Assembly: GCA_964016885.1 (NCBI GenBank)
Contig: OZ024740.1
Span: 370,884,001-370,948,000, forward strand
Length of the DNA stretch: 64,000 nucleotides
Reading direction: 5' to 3'
From: Eledone cirrhosa
Lineage: Eukaryota
Shown: one piece after another, positions 1 to 13,560 of the stretch
Numbering within the stretch: the first letter of the stretch is position 1
How the letters are laid out: the number at the start of each line of letters is the position of its first letter
Program-made: the position numbers and the translations under genes
The notes under the pieces: model-generated
What the model saw: only the letters and a program-made list of their open reading frames with translations
Told to the model about the DNA's origin: nothing
Databases searched by the model: none

Positions 1-1302
1 TGTGTTCGAGAGACGCGACAGGCCGTCGAGGTATGAACTAAAGTCCATTGCCCCGTTCGGCTCACCGTCGTTCTGCTCAAACAGTCGCGCAAAGTGCCGC
101 TGAAAGGCTGCGCACATTTGCTTGGGGTCAAGTAGCACGCGTCCGTTTTGGTCTTTCAAAGACCGAATCGTCGACTTGTTGCCACTTTTTGCCTCCGCCA
201 CTCGGGCCCAGCTGACAGCTTTCGCTCCTTCGTTTCCTAGAGCACGTGTTTTGCTTCTGACCACGCAGCCTTCGTGTTTCGCATCGAAGAACTGGTCCAG
301 TGCCGTTCTCGACGCTAACACTCTAGCCGCGTTGCCACTTCTAAGTGCCTCCTCTACCTTGGCTACTAGTTCTCTTTCTATTCTGTTTTTCTCTAAGGCT
401 AACTCTCTGCTATACCCTATCGATTCTATTCTAATTGCTTTCTTGAGAGAGTACCACCATCTATTGTTGACGATGGCTCCCGTTAACTGTTGCTTGACTA
501 GTTTACTTATCCGTTCACTGTAAGCTTTACGTGCCGGCAACGACACGTTCAGCTTCCAGTATCCGGGACCCTGTCTATGTATTCTATCACGGTTGACTAA
601 GCAGACGACTAACTTGTGATCTGAATAGGCAACCATGTGCATTCGTGGACAGCTTAACATATCCTTGTCCCTTTCTCTAATGAAGAACCTATCTAAATAC
701 GATCTAGATGTCCCACTGCGGTTTACCCACGTCCACTGTGGTGCAGTCGGGAAATCCAGTCGATACCTATCGGCCAGTTGGAATTGGCCGATTAAAGTTT
801 TGAGGCTGTTGCACCCCGCTCTACTGGGACATGCTCCCACATAGTCCCATCGTGCATCTAGGATACCATTCCAGTCCCCCACTAAAAGTAAGGAGCGAGA
901 CGTTCCCAGAAAAGACTCTAGACGCTTAAAGAAGTCTGGCCGTGATTGCGATTGCCCGGTCGGGGCATAAACGGCCACCAGTCTGAAGGCTCCACCTCCG
1001 ATACTGTTCACGTCTAGGACTACCAGTCTACCCTCCGGGTCCAAGTGTACTTGCTGTACTCCGACGTCCAGGTTCTTCCGAAACATAACAGCCACTCCAC
1101 CTCCACCTCCTGGCTGACAGAGAGATGCGTAGATCTCAAAGTCGTCGAAGATGGGGGTTAGTTGCTGCCTGTTGTGGATCCTGGACTCGGTGATGGCTAT
1201 CACATCCATACTGTGTGACCTAAGGTCGTTTAAAAGTTGGCCCTGTTTCCAGGGCATCCCTAGGCCACGCACATTCACGGTTCCAACTCGTAAACCAGCC
1301 AT
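1..1302 (-). CDS. ORF2 N-terminus: apurinic-like endonuclease plus linker to RT (partial, runs off window)
   Basis: Manual translation from ATG at 1302 gives MAGLRVGTVNVRGL...DVIAITESR. GPGYWKLNVS (from 570) and MDFSSYLDGLSRLS (from 48) are in the same frame. Homologous to the 14592-16215 ORFs. Confidence 0.85.
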   Translation of the reverse strand, partial: MAGLRVGTVNVRGLGMPWKQGQLLNDLRSHSMDVIAITESRIHNRQQLTPIFDDFEIYASLCQPGGGGGVAVMFRKNLDVGVQQVHLDPEGRLVVLDVNSIGGGAFRLVAVYAPTGQSQSRPDFFKRLESFLGTSRSLLLVGDWNGILDARWDYVGACPSRAGCNSLKTLIGQFQLADRYRLDFPTAPQWTWVNRSGTSRSYLDRFFIRERDKDMLSCPRMHMVAYSDHKLVVCLVNRDRIHRQGPGYWKLNVSLPARKAYSERISKLVKQQLTGAIVNNRWWYSLKKAIRIESIGYSRELALEKNRIERELVAKVEEALRSGNAARVLASRTALDQFFDAKHEGCVVRSKTRALGNEGAKAVSWARVAEAKSGNKSTIRSLKDQNGRVLLDPKQMCAAFQRHFARLFEQNDGEPNGAMDFSSYLDGLSRLSNT

Positions 1303-1343
1303 GTTGGTAAAGAAAAGTTGGAGAAAAAGGACGAAAGGTGCAC

Positions 1344-3119
1344 TTACCTTTTCGTTTCCTGGAGATCGGGTTGTTCAATCTCCATTTGGGTGCTGGATGG
1401 GGTGTTGGGTGGGGTGGGGAAACCTTTCAACAGGACGCGGTTGATGGGTTTGTGGCAGGGGTTGCCCACGTCCTGTGAAAATTTAATTTTCAGGTCTTTA
1501 TAGGTTTCCATAGAAACCCTTATAAGTTTAATGTGTGGAGACGATTCTGCCTTGACGAAAGTTTTGCCCTCCGTCTCCACCTTGGGGTTTTGGGAGATGA
1601 CCTCCATCAAACTCTTGTTGTTTGTGTTGATGTATGCGTATTGTTGTTTGTGTTTTTGTTGTATTGTTTTAGTTTGTTGTTCATCCGGGAGTTTTCTTTT
1701 TATGGTGGGTGCTTGTGTTTGGGGTGGTGTTGGTGCTGGTTTTGCTGATAGGGGAATGTTTGACTGTGGTGTTGTTTGTGTTGTTGTTTGTGTCTGTGGT
1801 TGTGTGTTGGTGTTGGTGATTGGAGTTTTGGGGGTTTTGTGGTGTCTCTTTTTTTGTTTTTTGTATTTCCGCGGTTCTCCCTCTTCTTCACTTAAAGAAG
1901 GAGAAGCAGCTTCATCCGTCGATGAATAATCATCGTCAGGTGTGTGGGGTAAGGGTATGTTGTGTGGTGGTGGTGGTGTTTCGGTATGTGTGTTTGTGGT
2001 AGTGTTTGATGGAGTGGGATGGAGTGGGGATGTGTTCTTCAGGGGTGTTGTCTCTGTTTTTTCTGTTGTTGTTGGTTGAGTGTCTGTTTATTTTGGTGTG
2101 GTTGCTCGTTTCGTCTGTCGTTGTACTTGTGGTGGTGGTGGTGGTTGTTTTGGTGTTGGTGTTGGTAATAGCGTTTTTTTATGATGTTGTTGTTGTGTGT
2201 TTGTGGACAAGAGGCTTTTAGGTGAGATGTGCTACCACAGCGAAAGCAGTGAAATGTTCGTCCTTCTACCGAAATGTTTATTTTGTTGCTATTATCAATA
2301 ACGACTCTTTCGGGTATTTTGGAGATTCTCTCCGGTTTCATTTGCAACAGAATCTCCAAATCGGTGCCCGCCCACCTTTGTCGAATGGATTTTCGTATCG
2401 AAAGTATTATGTCTGTTTCTGGCTCTACGAAGCCAGCCAAGATCCACCAGATGTTAATGCTTGGAGGTATGTTTTTTTATTTTTATTTTTTGTGTAGGGA
2501 AAAAGGTGTATGCTTTTGACACTATTGGTGTCACAGAGTTTTTTGGGGCGAGTGTCTCGCTTTTAAACAGTACGGAAACACTTCCGTACTGTTTTCCTCG
2601 CTGGAGAAAATCGACATTTGCTAGAATCTCCTTGAAAGAATCTTCTATATCTGACTGATTAACAAATGTCGGTTTTCTTGACGAATTTGACACAGTCCTA
2701 AAAGTGACTGATCGGCGGTTTGTGTCTTCCTTTATTTCAAGGGGTGAGTTAATTCTAAACCCACCACTTTCTTCGAAAGTTACAAATTTTCTCCCTTGCT
2801 GGAGCATATCTCTTGCGTTGGAGATATCAAGATTTATAAAATCTTGTTTCTTGTTGACTGTGTCAGCGAAAGACATTTTCTTTTTTTGTGTGATGTTGTT
2901 GTTGATAATGATGTTATCGTTGTTGGAAATTTTATGTGTAGATGTATCTGTAGAGTTGTTGATGTCTTTTTCATGTGTATGTATGTCAATGGGTTTTTTT
3001 GCCGTGTTTTCCTGTGTGATATTGTCATTTTTCTCCGCTTCGGCGGTAGAAATTGTAAAATTTTCAAATGTTGATATATTTTTTTCTTTTGTAACAGTTG
3101 TATCTATGGCAACGTCCAT
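1344..3119 (-). pseudogene. Tx1 ORF1 (gag-like nucleic-acid-binding protein), frameshifted
   Basis: ORFs 2454-3119, 2039-2440 (CX2CX4HX4C), 1700-1891 and 1344-1610 lie directly upstream of ORF2, with low-complexity Q/H/T/K stretches. Confidence 0.7.
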
Positions 3120-3426
3120 AGCAGCAGAAGCAGATATAACGTTAATATCTGCCTCTTTCTCTCTCTCTTTTCTCTATTAACGTTCTCCAGCGTTCTAGTG
3201 TTGCTCAAGTTTTTTACTTTGTAAAATTTGATATTTTAAAACAAATTTTTTTTAAATAAAATTTTCGCCCCTACTGGGGCGAAAAATGGGATTACCACCC
3301 AGCTGACAATTCAGCTTGGGGGTTAATCTACAAAGTGTTGTATTTTTTTCAAACAATTAGATCGGTTTTTGCATAGAAATTAACAAAAAACTTACCGGCG
3401 ATATTCCACACGTCAGACAGAAAGAG

Positions 3427-3870
<444 letters not shown>

Positions 3871-3931
3871 GATGTTGCTTGATGTTGTTTGACGTTGTAT
3901 GTCTGTACAATTGGTAGACGGAAAGCCCGTC

Positions 3932-4735
<804 letters not shown>

Positions 4736-5030
4736 CTAGCAGAATGGCCCGTCGTTGCTCGGGATTTGCTCTAGGGTTGTTATATATTTGATATATATTT
4801 ATCCTTATCGAGCCTCATGAAATAAATACGTTTGTTTATATTTTGTTATTGTGTATGCAAAAATATCTGTACAAATATATATATATATATATATATATAA
4901 TAGTACAGAGAAGTACGGAATACCTCGGCCTCGGGATGGTGTTTACATTTTGTGCTTATAAAAAAAATTCGTCGTAGATTACCAGGGTGTTTTTCCGTGC
5001 GAAGAAAATCAATACTTTATCGCGAAATAT
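4736..5030 (-). mobile_element. Non-autonomous Helitron 3' end, nested in the previous element; a possible 5' end lies near 8822
   Basis: Minus strand CCCGAGCAACGACGGG hairpin + CATTCTGCTAG|T. Segment 4902-4988 matches 30435-30520 of the complete Helitron. Confidence 0.7.
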
Positions 5031-5036
5031 ATATAA

Positions 5037-5226
5037 CGGTGGATTGGCAGCATTTGCAGAGGGTCGGACGCCATGCTTTCCAGCATAGTTATGTCCCTTT
5101 ACGATCTGAGTTGAAATCTCGCCGAGGTTAACTTTGCTTTTCATCCTTACGCGGTCGATAAAATAAAGTACCAATAATGTACTGGGATAATTGCTGACCT
5201 TGTGCCAAAAGTAGAAACAATTATTA
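5037..5226 (+). mobile_element. tRNA-derived SINE family 1 (~190 bp)
   Basis: tRNA-like head with B-box (consensus GAGTTCAAATCC), central GCCTTTCATCCTTACGGGGTCGATAAAATAAAGTACCAG (Meta-domain-like) and AATTATT tail. More than 20 copies in the window. Confidence 0.85.
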
Positions 5227-5254
5227 GAGAGATTCCAGTTTTTAGGACTAACTG

Positions 5255-5560
5255 TTTTCTGCTGGCACAAGATGTTCCAGGAGGGCAAGGAGCAGGTAAG
5301 GGACGAAGAGAGATATGGCAGGGAGAGGAATATCAGGACACCAAAGTTGGTCAACAAAATTCGCAAATGTCTGGAAGAGGACCGTCGTGCATTTCTTCTG
5401 ACGATTGCTAAACAATTTGAAGTGGCTGAGGACACTGTGCATAGAATCATTCATGACGATCTGAACATGCGCGAAGTTTGTGCAAGGATTACTCCCAGGC
5501 TAATCAATGAAGATCAAAGGCAGATGCACGTTGATGACAACAGGGAGATGATCTAGTCAA
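5255..5560 (+). pseudogene. Mariner (Tc1/mariner) transposase fragment, HTH-linker region
   Basis: FQEGKEQVRDEERYGR...EDRR...TVHRIIHDDLNMREVCARITPRL matches the mariner N-terminal pattern (WVPR-like linker). Confidence 0.8.
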
Positions 5561-6046
5561 TCGCAAAGAAAGTTTTTTATGTCTGGGTGAGGTGATTTTA
5601 GTGGTGGTTATCCTATCTGTTTCTAATGCTTGTTTCTCATATGGTAGCGTCGAACATTTTCAGCATTCTTATCAGGTATCTTTCAACAATCAAGAAATAG
5701 TTTGTGTATGTTACCTGTATCAGCTTTGATTAAACACACATGTGATCAATCACTTTACAGGCGTGACAATCCAATATTCTATTGTTTACGTATATCTAGA
5801 ACTATATCATTTAATGTGCCCTTCCTTCCTAAAAATGGTGTGTGATTTGAAGGAGATCCGACTGCTATTTCTAACTGATCGAGGTTATCTTGCTGGCTCA
5901 TCTGTCAGTGTGTTGCTAAGGTGTTCTACTTGTCTATTGTGTTTTGCATTATATTGTGTTATTCGTATAGCTTCCGTAAACAATTAGTTTTTCTATTGTA
6001 CAAGAAAAACTGTAAAGAATTTTATTGTTGTTGTACACATGTCATT

Positions 6047-6430
6047 TGGCAGTATCGGTAGAGAGTTGGACACCATGCTTTGCAGCATAGAGTTACGGTC
6101 CTTTACGGTCTGAGTTCAAATCCAGCCGAGGTTAACTTTGCCTTTCATCCTTACGGGGTCGATAAAATAAAGTACCAGTAATACACTGGGATAATTGCTG
6201 GCCTTGTGCCAAATGTAGAAACAATTATTAGAGAGATTCCAGTGGATTTGCAGTATCGGTAAGGGGTTCGACGACATGCTTTCCAGCATAGTTACGCCCC
6301 TTTACGAACTGAGTTCAAATCCCACCGAGGTTAACTTTGCCTTTCATCCTTACGTGGTCGATAAAATAAAGTATCAGTAATGCACTGGAATAATTGCTGA
6401 CCTTGTGCCAAAAGTAGAAACATTATTATT
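6047..6430 (+). mobile_element. Two tandem SINE family 1 copies
   Basis: Same consensus as 5037-5226. Confidence 0.85.
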
Positions 6431-6441
6431 AGAGAGACTCC

Positions 6442-6474
<33 letters not shown>

Positions 6475-6489
6475 AAGAAGAAGAAGAAA

Positions 6490-6725
6490 TAGTCGGCACA
6501 GTATGGGTTCCGGGGTCATATCCCACTGCGTGACATCTTCAGCGAATGTCATTTACCATAGCTTCAGGTTAATCAAAGCGTTGTAAATCAAAATGGGTAG
6601 AGGAAAATTGTTTCGAAACCTGTTGGATGGACTGTACATGTAATTCAATGGGCCAGCATTGTCACACACTGTCACGCTGAATCTCACTGAGAGTTACGTT
6701 AGGAGTACACGTATCTATGGAATAC
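6490..6725 (+). mobile_element. Degenerate SINE family 2 (CORE-like) copy
   Basis: 6650-6722 is the reverse complement of the segment at 50740-50815 and 57808-57870. Confidence 0.55.
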
Positions 6726-6765
6726 CCAACACCCCCATCCTTTCATAATAATAGTTATTATTATT

Positions 6766-7020
6766 GAGGTTAACTTTGCCTTTCAACCTTACGGGGTCGA
6801 TAAAATAAAGTACCAGTCACGCACTGGAGTCGATTTAATCGACTTTCCCTTCCCCCCAAATTGCTGGCCTTGTGCCTATATAAGAAATCATTATTATTAT
6901 TATTATTAAAATCCCGCCGAGGTTAATTTTGCCTTTCATTCTTACGGGGTCGATAAAATAAAGTATCAGTAATGTACTGGGATAATTGCTGACCTTGTGC
7001 CAAAAGTAGAAACAATTATT
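6766..7020 (+). mobile_element. Two 5'-truncated SINE family 1 copies
   Basis: Central domain and tail present. Confidence 0.8.
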
Positions 7021-7375
7021 AGAGAGATTCCAGTTTTTAGTGTGGAGAATTTACATCCTTGTTACCAGTTGTTTCATATTAAATAAACATCAACCCATTC
7101 AAAAACAAGTGGCTACATGAATGATTATGAGATAAGTCAGTGAATTGCTTCGTGGTATGACCAAAATTAGACGCACACTTAGAATCTCTAAAGTTACTCT
7201 TGTTGCTTTATGCTAGATGCTTTATCCAGCAGATACAATAGACAATGCAACGAAGGAAAGTGGATTACCAACGAACAATTCCTTTAAAAAGTCAAGCTTG
7301 TAAGTAAAATTAATTATTCCGAGACGTCATTTGCATGGTCATTCGATAGTCATTATTCCAGCTAACCACCAAAAA

Positions 7376-7660
7376 GAGTAAAGACCCCCTTCGGTCACGA
7401 ATGACCATGAGAGTCGCACCTAGAAAGTTCCCCTCTGAGCCACCCCTCTCCACATCACCGATGATATCCAAGGGAAAGGCAATGGCTGATACAGCTTGGC
7501 ATCAGTAACGTCGAAACTCATTTCTACAGCTGAGTAAACTAAAGCAACGTGAAATGAAGTGTCTTCCTCAAGGAAACAACGCATCACCCGGTCCGAGAAT
7601 CGAACTCATGACCTCCTGATTGCAAGTACAATGCTCTAAACACTACGCCATGTGCCTTCG
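7376..7660 (-). mobile_element. tRNA-derived CORE-like SINE (family 2 variant)
   Basis: Minus strand has a tRNA head (TGGCGTAGTG...GAGTTCGATTCTC) followed by CORE-like CCTTGAGGAAGACACTTCATTTCACGTTGCT. Confidence 0.7.
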
Positions 7661-7819
7661 ACCGCCAACAATACCACCAACATCAAGGAGAATGGACTGT
7701 TTCAGAGTTTAATACTTTTGTCACGAGTGCAACACTGGCGCTGCTGGATCGAATATAAACATGATATTATTTCGTTTGCTATACCGCTACCTTACCTCAG
7801 TCATCATTAAAACGCTTAA

Positions 7820-8105
7820 GAGCGGTTGTTTGGCAGAATCTTGAGCATCGGACAAAGCGTCTGATTTCCTGCCGAAGTCAACTTTGCCTTTAACCCTTCC
7901 AATGTTGATAAAAACAATACCAATTAAGTACTGAGGTCGATATAACCATCTTTCTCCTTCCTTCAAACTGCTGGCCTTGTGCCAATATTAGAAAAAATTA
8001 TTAAAAACGCTTCGCAACATTTGTTTCGGTTCTTTACGTTTTAAGTTCACATCCCACAAGAGGTTAACTTTGCATTTCATCCTTCTGGGATGGATAAAAT
8101 AAGAA
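7820..8105 (+). mobile_element. Old degenerate SINE family 1 copies
   Basis: AACTTTGCCTTT...GATAAAA and CTGGCCTTGTGCC motifs. Confidence 0.65.
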
Positions 8106-9365
8106 ATCATTAATAAAACGCTTACGAGAATCTAATGGAAAACAACATTAACAATTTGGATTTTTTTAAAAAGACAAATATATTCTATATTTTTATGGAG
8201 GTAGCATGATGTTTAAACATTCATATCATTCTCGTTAACATTATCGGAGTAAATAGAGTGAAAAACTTATTAAAGATTCAACTTTTTTTACAATGATTGC
8301 CACATGGGTGACGCACTCATTAAAGACCTAAGCTTTCAAACTATTCAGTGTATTTGTGGGCTTCGTAAATTGTTATATATATTTTGTTATTTCATAGTCA
8401 ACAAGTAATATTGATCAGATAATACACAGCTCTTTCTCGTACCACCGAAGCAGTTTAAGCTTGACCGTCGGAACGATCTGTCTAATAATATCTACACTCT
8501 AATATCCTTAAAGTAAGGAGTACCAAGTTGAATAATGGCTTTACTTGTTAGGCATATCGTATAACGATACTATAGAAGCAGTGTAAAAGTATTTTAGGTT
8601 AACCACTAAGAGCACGTAGTCGTTTCAACAAAAAGGCATTGAATGTAAAATGCTAAGCTAAAAGCGAAAGATTAATGTCATTCTTTACGTATAATGAATT
8701 GGAAATGCTTCATTAAGAGATGGATATAAAAGTATTTTAGGTTCAATAGTATAGGGAGGTGTGTAGGATACATACATAGATACATACATACATACACACG
8801 ACGCTCAGTTTTATATAAGTATCGTGTGTATGTGTGTGTATGTGTGTGTTTGTGTGTGTGTTTGTGTGTGTGTGTGTGTGCTATGCGAGCGACGACAGAT
8901 CAAAGATATATAACACGTTACTGAAAGTTAACTAAAGTTTGCTGGTCTCTCTCTCTCTCTCTCTCTGAATATCTAATTGTATCTCTCTCTGTCTAACGGC
9001 CTATCTCTCTCTGCTATTCTAACGGCCTATCTCTCTCTGCAGTGTTGTCATATAGAGAGTGAAGAGCGACAGAGAGAGTAAAGTAGTTAAATTATAGAGA
9101 GGGGGAATGATCTATTATAGAGAGAGGGAAGCTAAGAAACTTTAGGGAGGTAAAATCGATAGAAAAAGACCCTTTTTTTGCCCTAAAGACCACACCTTTC
9201 AATTTAGAGAACTCCAGGTAGAGCTGTCGCTTCCTCGGCACCTTTTACATTAATGTGTAAATGTTCATGACAATCAGAGCATTGGTACTCTCCTTTTGCC
9301 TGTATCCAGACATGACTCAGACAATTTTCGCCCATTTCACATTTATATAATAGATTATATAATAG

Positions 9366-9369
<4 letters not shown>

Positions 9370-9450
<81 letters not shown>
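9370..9450. repeat. (CA)n microsatellite
   Basis: Seen directly. Confidence 0.95.
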
Positions 9451-9454
<4 letters not shown>

Positions 9455-9959
9455 TAATATATATAAAGAGAGGGGAGGAGGGAGAGAGAGAGAGTTTATC
9501 ATTTTTCCATATTTTCACCTTTAACCTGTTACACTTTTTGCAATGTCTTTTGTCATAATTTTGTCATGTTTATTTATTGCTAGTCGTATATTTTAATGCC
9601 TTTTTGTTGAAAGACAACCGTAAATTTTCTTGTCCATTTTTTATCATGATACATTCATTTTATCAACAGAGCGGGTTTCTAATCTGTTGCACAATCTTGA
9701 ATTACAAGTACAATCCAGAAAGGGATTTTAGTTGCGGCTATTGTATGTTTCTGGTAATTTTTTTTTTTTTGTCAGCACTGACAAGCAGACATGTTATCAG
9801 ATACATGTTATCCTTTTTTTAGGCATAAGTATGTCTAGGATTACTTTGTAAAAATTGTGATTTGAAATAGATCCGGCTGTAATCTAAATCAATTATAATT
9901 TTATTCCATATTTTCTTTAATCATTATTAAACATACGTACATCAACTAAATTATGATGA

Positions 9960-10600
9960 TTCTAGATAGATAGCTTATTGGCATGTAACTACCAAGCCAA
10001 TTTGATGAGAAATGGAGTAAATCCAAAGTGCCGATTCTGCAATGATGACATTGAAACAAGGGACCACTTAATCTCCGGATGTAAAGTTTTAGCACCAGTA
10101 GAGTACAAATCTAGACATGACAGAGTTGGCCAATATCTACACTAGTTAGTATATCGGCATTATAAAATCAAAACTGCTGACAAGTGGTACAAACATCACC
10201 CTGAGGCTGAATGAGAAAAAGTAACGATTCTTTGGGACTTTCCTGTACATGCTGACAGCAATATAAACACCAGTAGACCGGATATTATTGTAAAAGACCA
10301 ACATAACAAAGTCTGTTTATTAATTGATATGAGTATCCCATGTATCACCATATCGCGGCAAAAGAAGTTGACAAGCTAAGATTTACTCATTGAAATTGAA
10401 AAAATCTGGCACCTCAAGGCCGTTACAATACCAGTGATTGTATGAGTACTGAGAAAGATTAAAAAAAAGGAACAGAAAAGTATTTGAGAATGATCCCTGA
10501 TTTACCATCTCTACAAGAGGTGTAAAGACTGTTTTAACCGGTACTGCACACGTAATGAGAAGAGCACTCTCCTGTGAGAATGATAACCTTCCATGGATAT
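9960..10600 (+). mobile_element. R4/Dong-like non-LTR retrotransposon 3' fragment (CCHC + restriction-like endonuclease), degenerate
   Basis: Manual translation: KCRFCNDDIETRDHLISGC...YKSRHDRVGQYLH...ILWDFPVH...RPDIIVKD...CLLIDMSIP, with stops. Confidence 0.85.
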
Positions 10601-10629
10601 TTGTGTTTGTGTGCATTGATATTTCTTTT

Positions 10630-10955
10630 ATATGTATGTATATGTATATATATGTATATATGTGTGTGTGCATATATATATGTGTGTGTGTGTCTGTGTA
10701 TACATGTAAGTATATATATATATGTGTGTGTGTGTTTGTGTGTGAGTATGTATATATATATGTATGTGTATGTATGTATATGTATGTGTATGCATGTGTG
10801 TGTATGTATGTGTATATATATATGTGTGTGTGTATGGATGTGTGTGCATATATGCGTATATGTATGTATGTGAGTATATATATACATATATGTGTGTATA
10901 TATGTGTGTGTGTGTGTGTGTATACATATGCATATGTGTATGCAAATATATATAT
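10630..10955. repeat. Compound TG/TA low-complexity tract
   Basis: Seen directly. Confidence 0.9.
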
Positions 10956-11419
10956 AGTTTATTTGCCCTAGGTATGAGGAAGAAACTCGGCAAAAAACGG
11001 AAACAATTCTGCAGGAAGAGAACAAACAAATAATCATATTAATAATAGTAATACTAATAAGGGTTTAGATCGATATCCAGTGATTTTGATCTCGTTGTTT
11101 ACACTTTGCTCAACAAATTCATCTGGAGCACACGAATAGGATTAATTGTTAGAAAACGTTCCCAGCCAGAAGCCTAAGCTATGAAAACAGTGTCATTATT
11201 GTATCGAGAGACTAACATATAAACACGTTAAAGTACTCACAATTTCTTCAATAAACAATTACAAATCATTTATTACTTCAATTCATTCATGTCAGTGGTT
11301 GATGCTACAGAATGATTATACAAAAACATGTGATTGAACTCACAAAGTTGACTTAAAATCCTTTGATAATAACATAAATATAAAAAAGAAAGATAAAAAT
11401 AAAATTAAGTAATGAGAAA

Positions 11420-12060
11420 AAGGGAAGAGGTAAAGAAGAGCAAAATTAGTTGAATGGGAAAGTAGAGAAAAAGACTATAAGTGTCATAAATGAGAGGAAA
11501 AGGGAGGGGAAAACAAGGACTCTTGGGCTACAGAAGAATGGGGGAAAGGGGAGAGGATGATGGGTTCTGGGCAGTGTGTGGGCTGCTCCCTGCGGACATA
11601 ACTGCAAAGGCATTTCTACGGACAATGGCCAACGACACTCGCTGCAACAGCCACCCCACATCGTGGGGCTCCTTCCTCAGACAGGCTGCTGTCGTTCCGG
11701 TTTTGCAGAAGAGCTCGGCAGTACGGGGTCCGAGGACGCCTAAAGTCTCGACGACGACCGATGCGAAGAGAAAGCGGCCGAACAAGCCCCGGTATTTGCT
11801 TATCTTCTTGTCCTCTGTCTTACGGGCCGCAGTACCGGGGCTTGTGGCTGAAGCGACTAAGCTCGAGGCGGAGAACGTATCACAACATGTGGCGTCCCAG
11901 ATGAGAGATTTACCTCTTTCGAATGGGAAGAGGGTAATTCCGTCGGGTAATTACCCTCTTCCCATTCGAAAGAGTTAAATCCCGCCGGGGCGTTTGCCGT
12001 CTTCACGGTTGAGGCCTGCTGGCTCCACTTGTGATGGGAAGCCAGCTGCATCCAGGCTCC
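11420..12060 (-). mobile_element. CRE-clade-like non-LTR retrotransposon 3' fragment (restriction-like endonuclease)
   Basis: Manual translation: DGKRP/PDGITLFPFERGKSLIWDATCCDT...KKISKY...VETLGVLGP...LLQRVSLAIVRRNA. Confidence 0.75.
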
Positions 12061-12079
12061 TCAATTGAAACAGCCTGTA

Positions 12080-12270
12080 ATAATTGTTTCTACTTTTGGC
12101 ACAAGGCTAGCAATTACTCAGTACATTGCTGGTACTTTATTTTATCGACCCTGTAAGGCTGAAAGGCAAAGTTAATCTCGGCGGGATTTGAACTCAGAAT
12201 GGCAAGGACCGTAACTCTATGCGTCAAAGCATAGCGTCCGACCCTCTACCGATACTGCCAATCCACCGCC
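12080..12270 (-). mobile_element. SINE family 1 with 9-bp target-site-duplication-like flank CAGCCTGTA
   Basis: Full consensus. CAGCCTGTAATAAT occurs at 12071 and 12280. Confidence 0.85.
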
Positions 12271-12289
12271 CTCTGTATCCAGCCTGTAA

Positions 12290-13225
12290 TAATATCATTA
12301 GGATAGCCACTGATCTGGAGGAGGGATATGGAATAAGGCCTGATATAAATCTCTCTCCCAGGAACATTGGAAGATCCTATTCAATGTTCAAACAAAATAA
12401 TAAAATGAACCAATTTACAGAGAAAGTTGTGCATGGGTACCTGAGACGAAAAACACAGACTATAACAGGGATAAATCATTAAAAAAGCCTGGCATTGAGT
12501 TCCGACAAGTTTATAACATCCCACCTTGAAGGATATCTCTATGTAATACAGGGACAAGAAATCCCTACCAAATATCTGCTAAAAAAAAGAGGAGGGCCAT
12601 TGGTCGATAATAAATGTAAAACAAAGATCAAAGATGTTAGCCACATTGTTGTCAACTGCGAGAGAATGTCGTCTTGCTACTACCTCCCTATGAAATACGA
12701 TGTGATAGCTAAAACCATCTGGAACGCACTTAGGAAAACAAAGGTAAAAACAAATGAGGAGGAATATGTTGAGATAGATGGCACAAAGGAATACTGGTGG
12801 AACCTGAAAATAAAAACTGCCACCAAATTAAAGCACAACCGTCCTGATATTGTTGTTTGGGACGATACATTGTAAACGTGCTCTGTTGTAGAGATCAGCT
12901 GCCTACTTGATGTCAACGTTGTAAGAAAAATACAAGAGAAGGAGGACGTCTACGGACCATTGAGGAGGAGTTTTCAGATCCAGTACACTTTCAGCTTCAT
13001 TCCTAACATTATTGGAGCTACAATCCGCTTGGACCAAAATATAACTGAACTTGGATTTGTGGACAAAGAGCTCAGATCCCTAATTCATAGACTACAAATA
13101 ACTGCGATAGTTGGCACCTTCAAAATTTGCAAAACATTCTTGCGATTCAAGGGATGACAATTTTTCTTTTACAACCTTGCCACCAGGAAGATTGTTGAAA
13201 TATTTACTCGAAAATAAGAGAAAGA
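12290..13225 (+). mobile_element. R4/Dong-like non-LTR retrotransposon 3' fragment, degenerate
   Basis: HGYL...ITSHLEGYLYVIQGQEIPTKYL...SHIVVNC...HNRPDIVVWD...VEISC. 3' end runs into (CATA)n. Confidence 0.85.
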
Positions 13226-13304
13226 CATACATACATACATACATACATACATACATACATACATACATACATACATACATACATACATACATACATACAT
13301 ACAT

Positions 13305-13560
13305 GACTTCCAACTCGTTTTTTCGAGTACGGCCACTACTTTATATCCATGTAGGAAAACCCCTACCGATGCGCTGAACGAGTGTGACTTTTTAGTCCAG
13401 CCAGCGACTTGAAAACTCTGGTACAAACACTACACTTGTGACAATTATTGACACATAGTGCTGGGCCCATGGTACCATGTGACGACAAGTGCAGAGAGAT
13501 CTCCAGATATAAAGCAATGCCTGTGCCGTGAAGCTTTTATAGTGAGCAAAGGCACTGCAC
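13305..13560 (-). mobile_element. (CATA)n-embedded non-autonomous retroelement, copy 1 (5'-truncated)
   Basis: Near-identical to 48412-48668 and 49036-49290. Flanked on both sides by (CATA)n. Confidence 0.8.

Larger units (their letters stand above)
1..3420 (-). mobile_element. Tx1-clade non-LTR retrotransposon, 5' half (5'UTR, ORF1, start of ORF2); continues past the left window edge
   Basis: ORF1 pieces carry a CCHC knuckle (CFRCGSTSHLKASC) and are followed by an APE-endonuclease ORF2. The 5' end abuts a (GATA)n tract. Confidence 0.85.

Noticed and set aside
122-1444. Plus-strand ORFs of 60-133 aa
   Set aside because: Antisense shadows of the Tx1 ORF2 on the minus strand.
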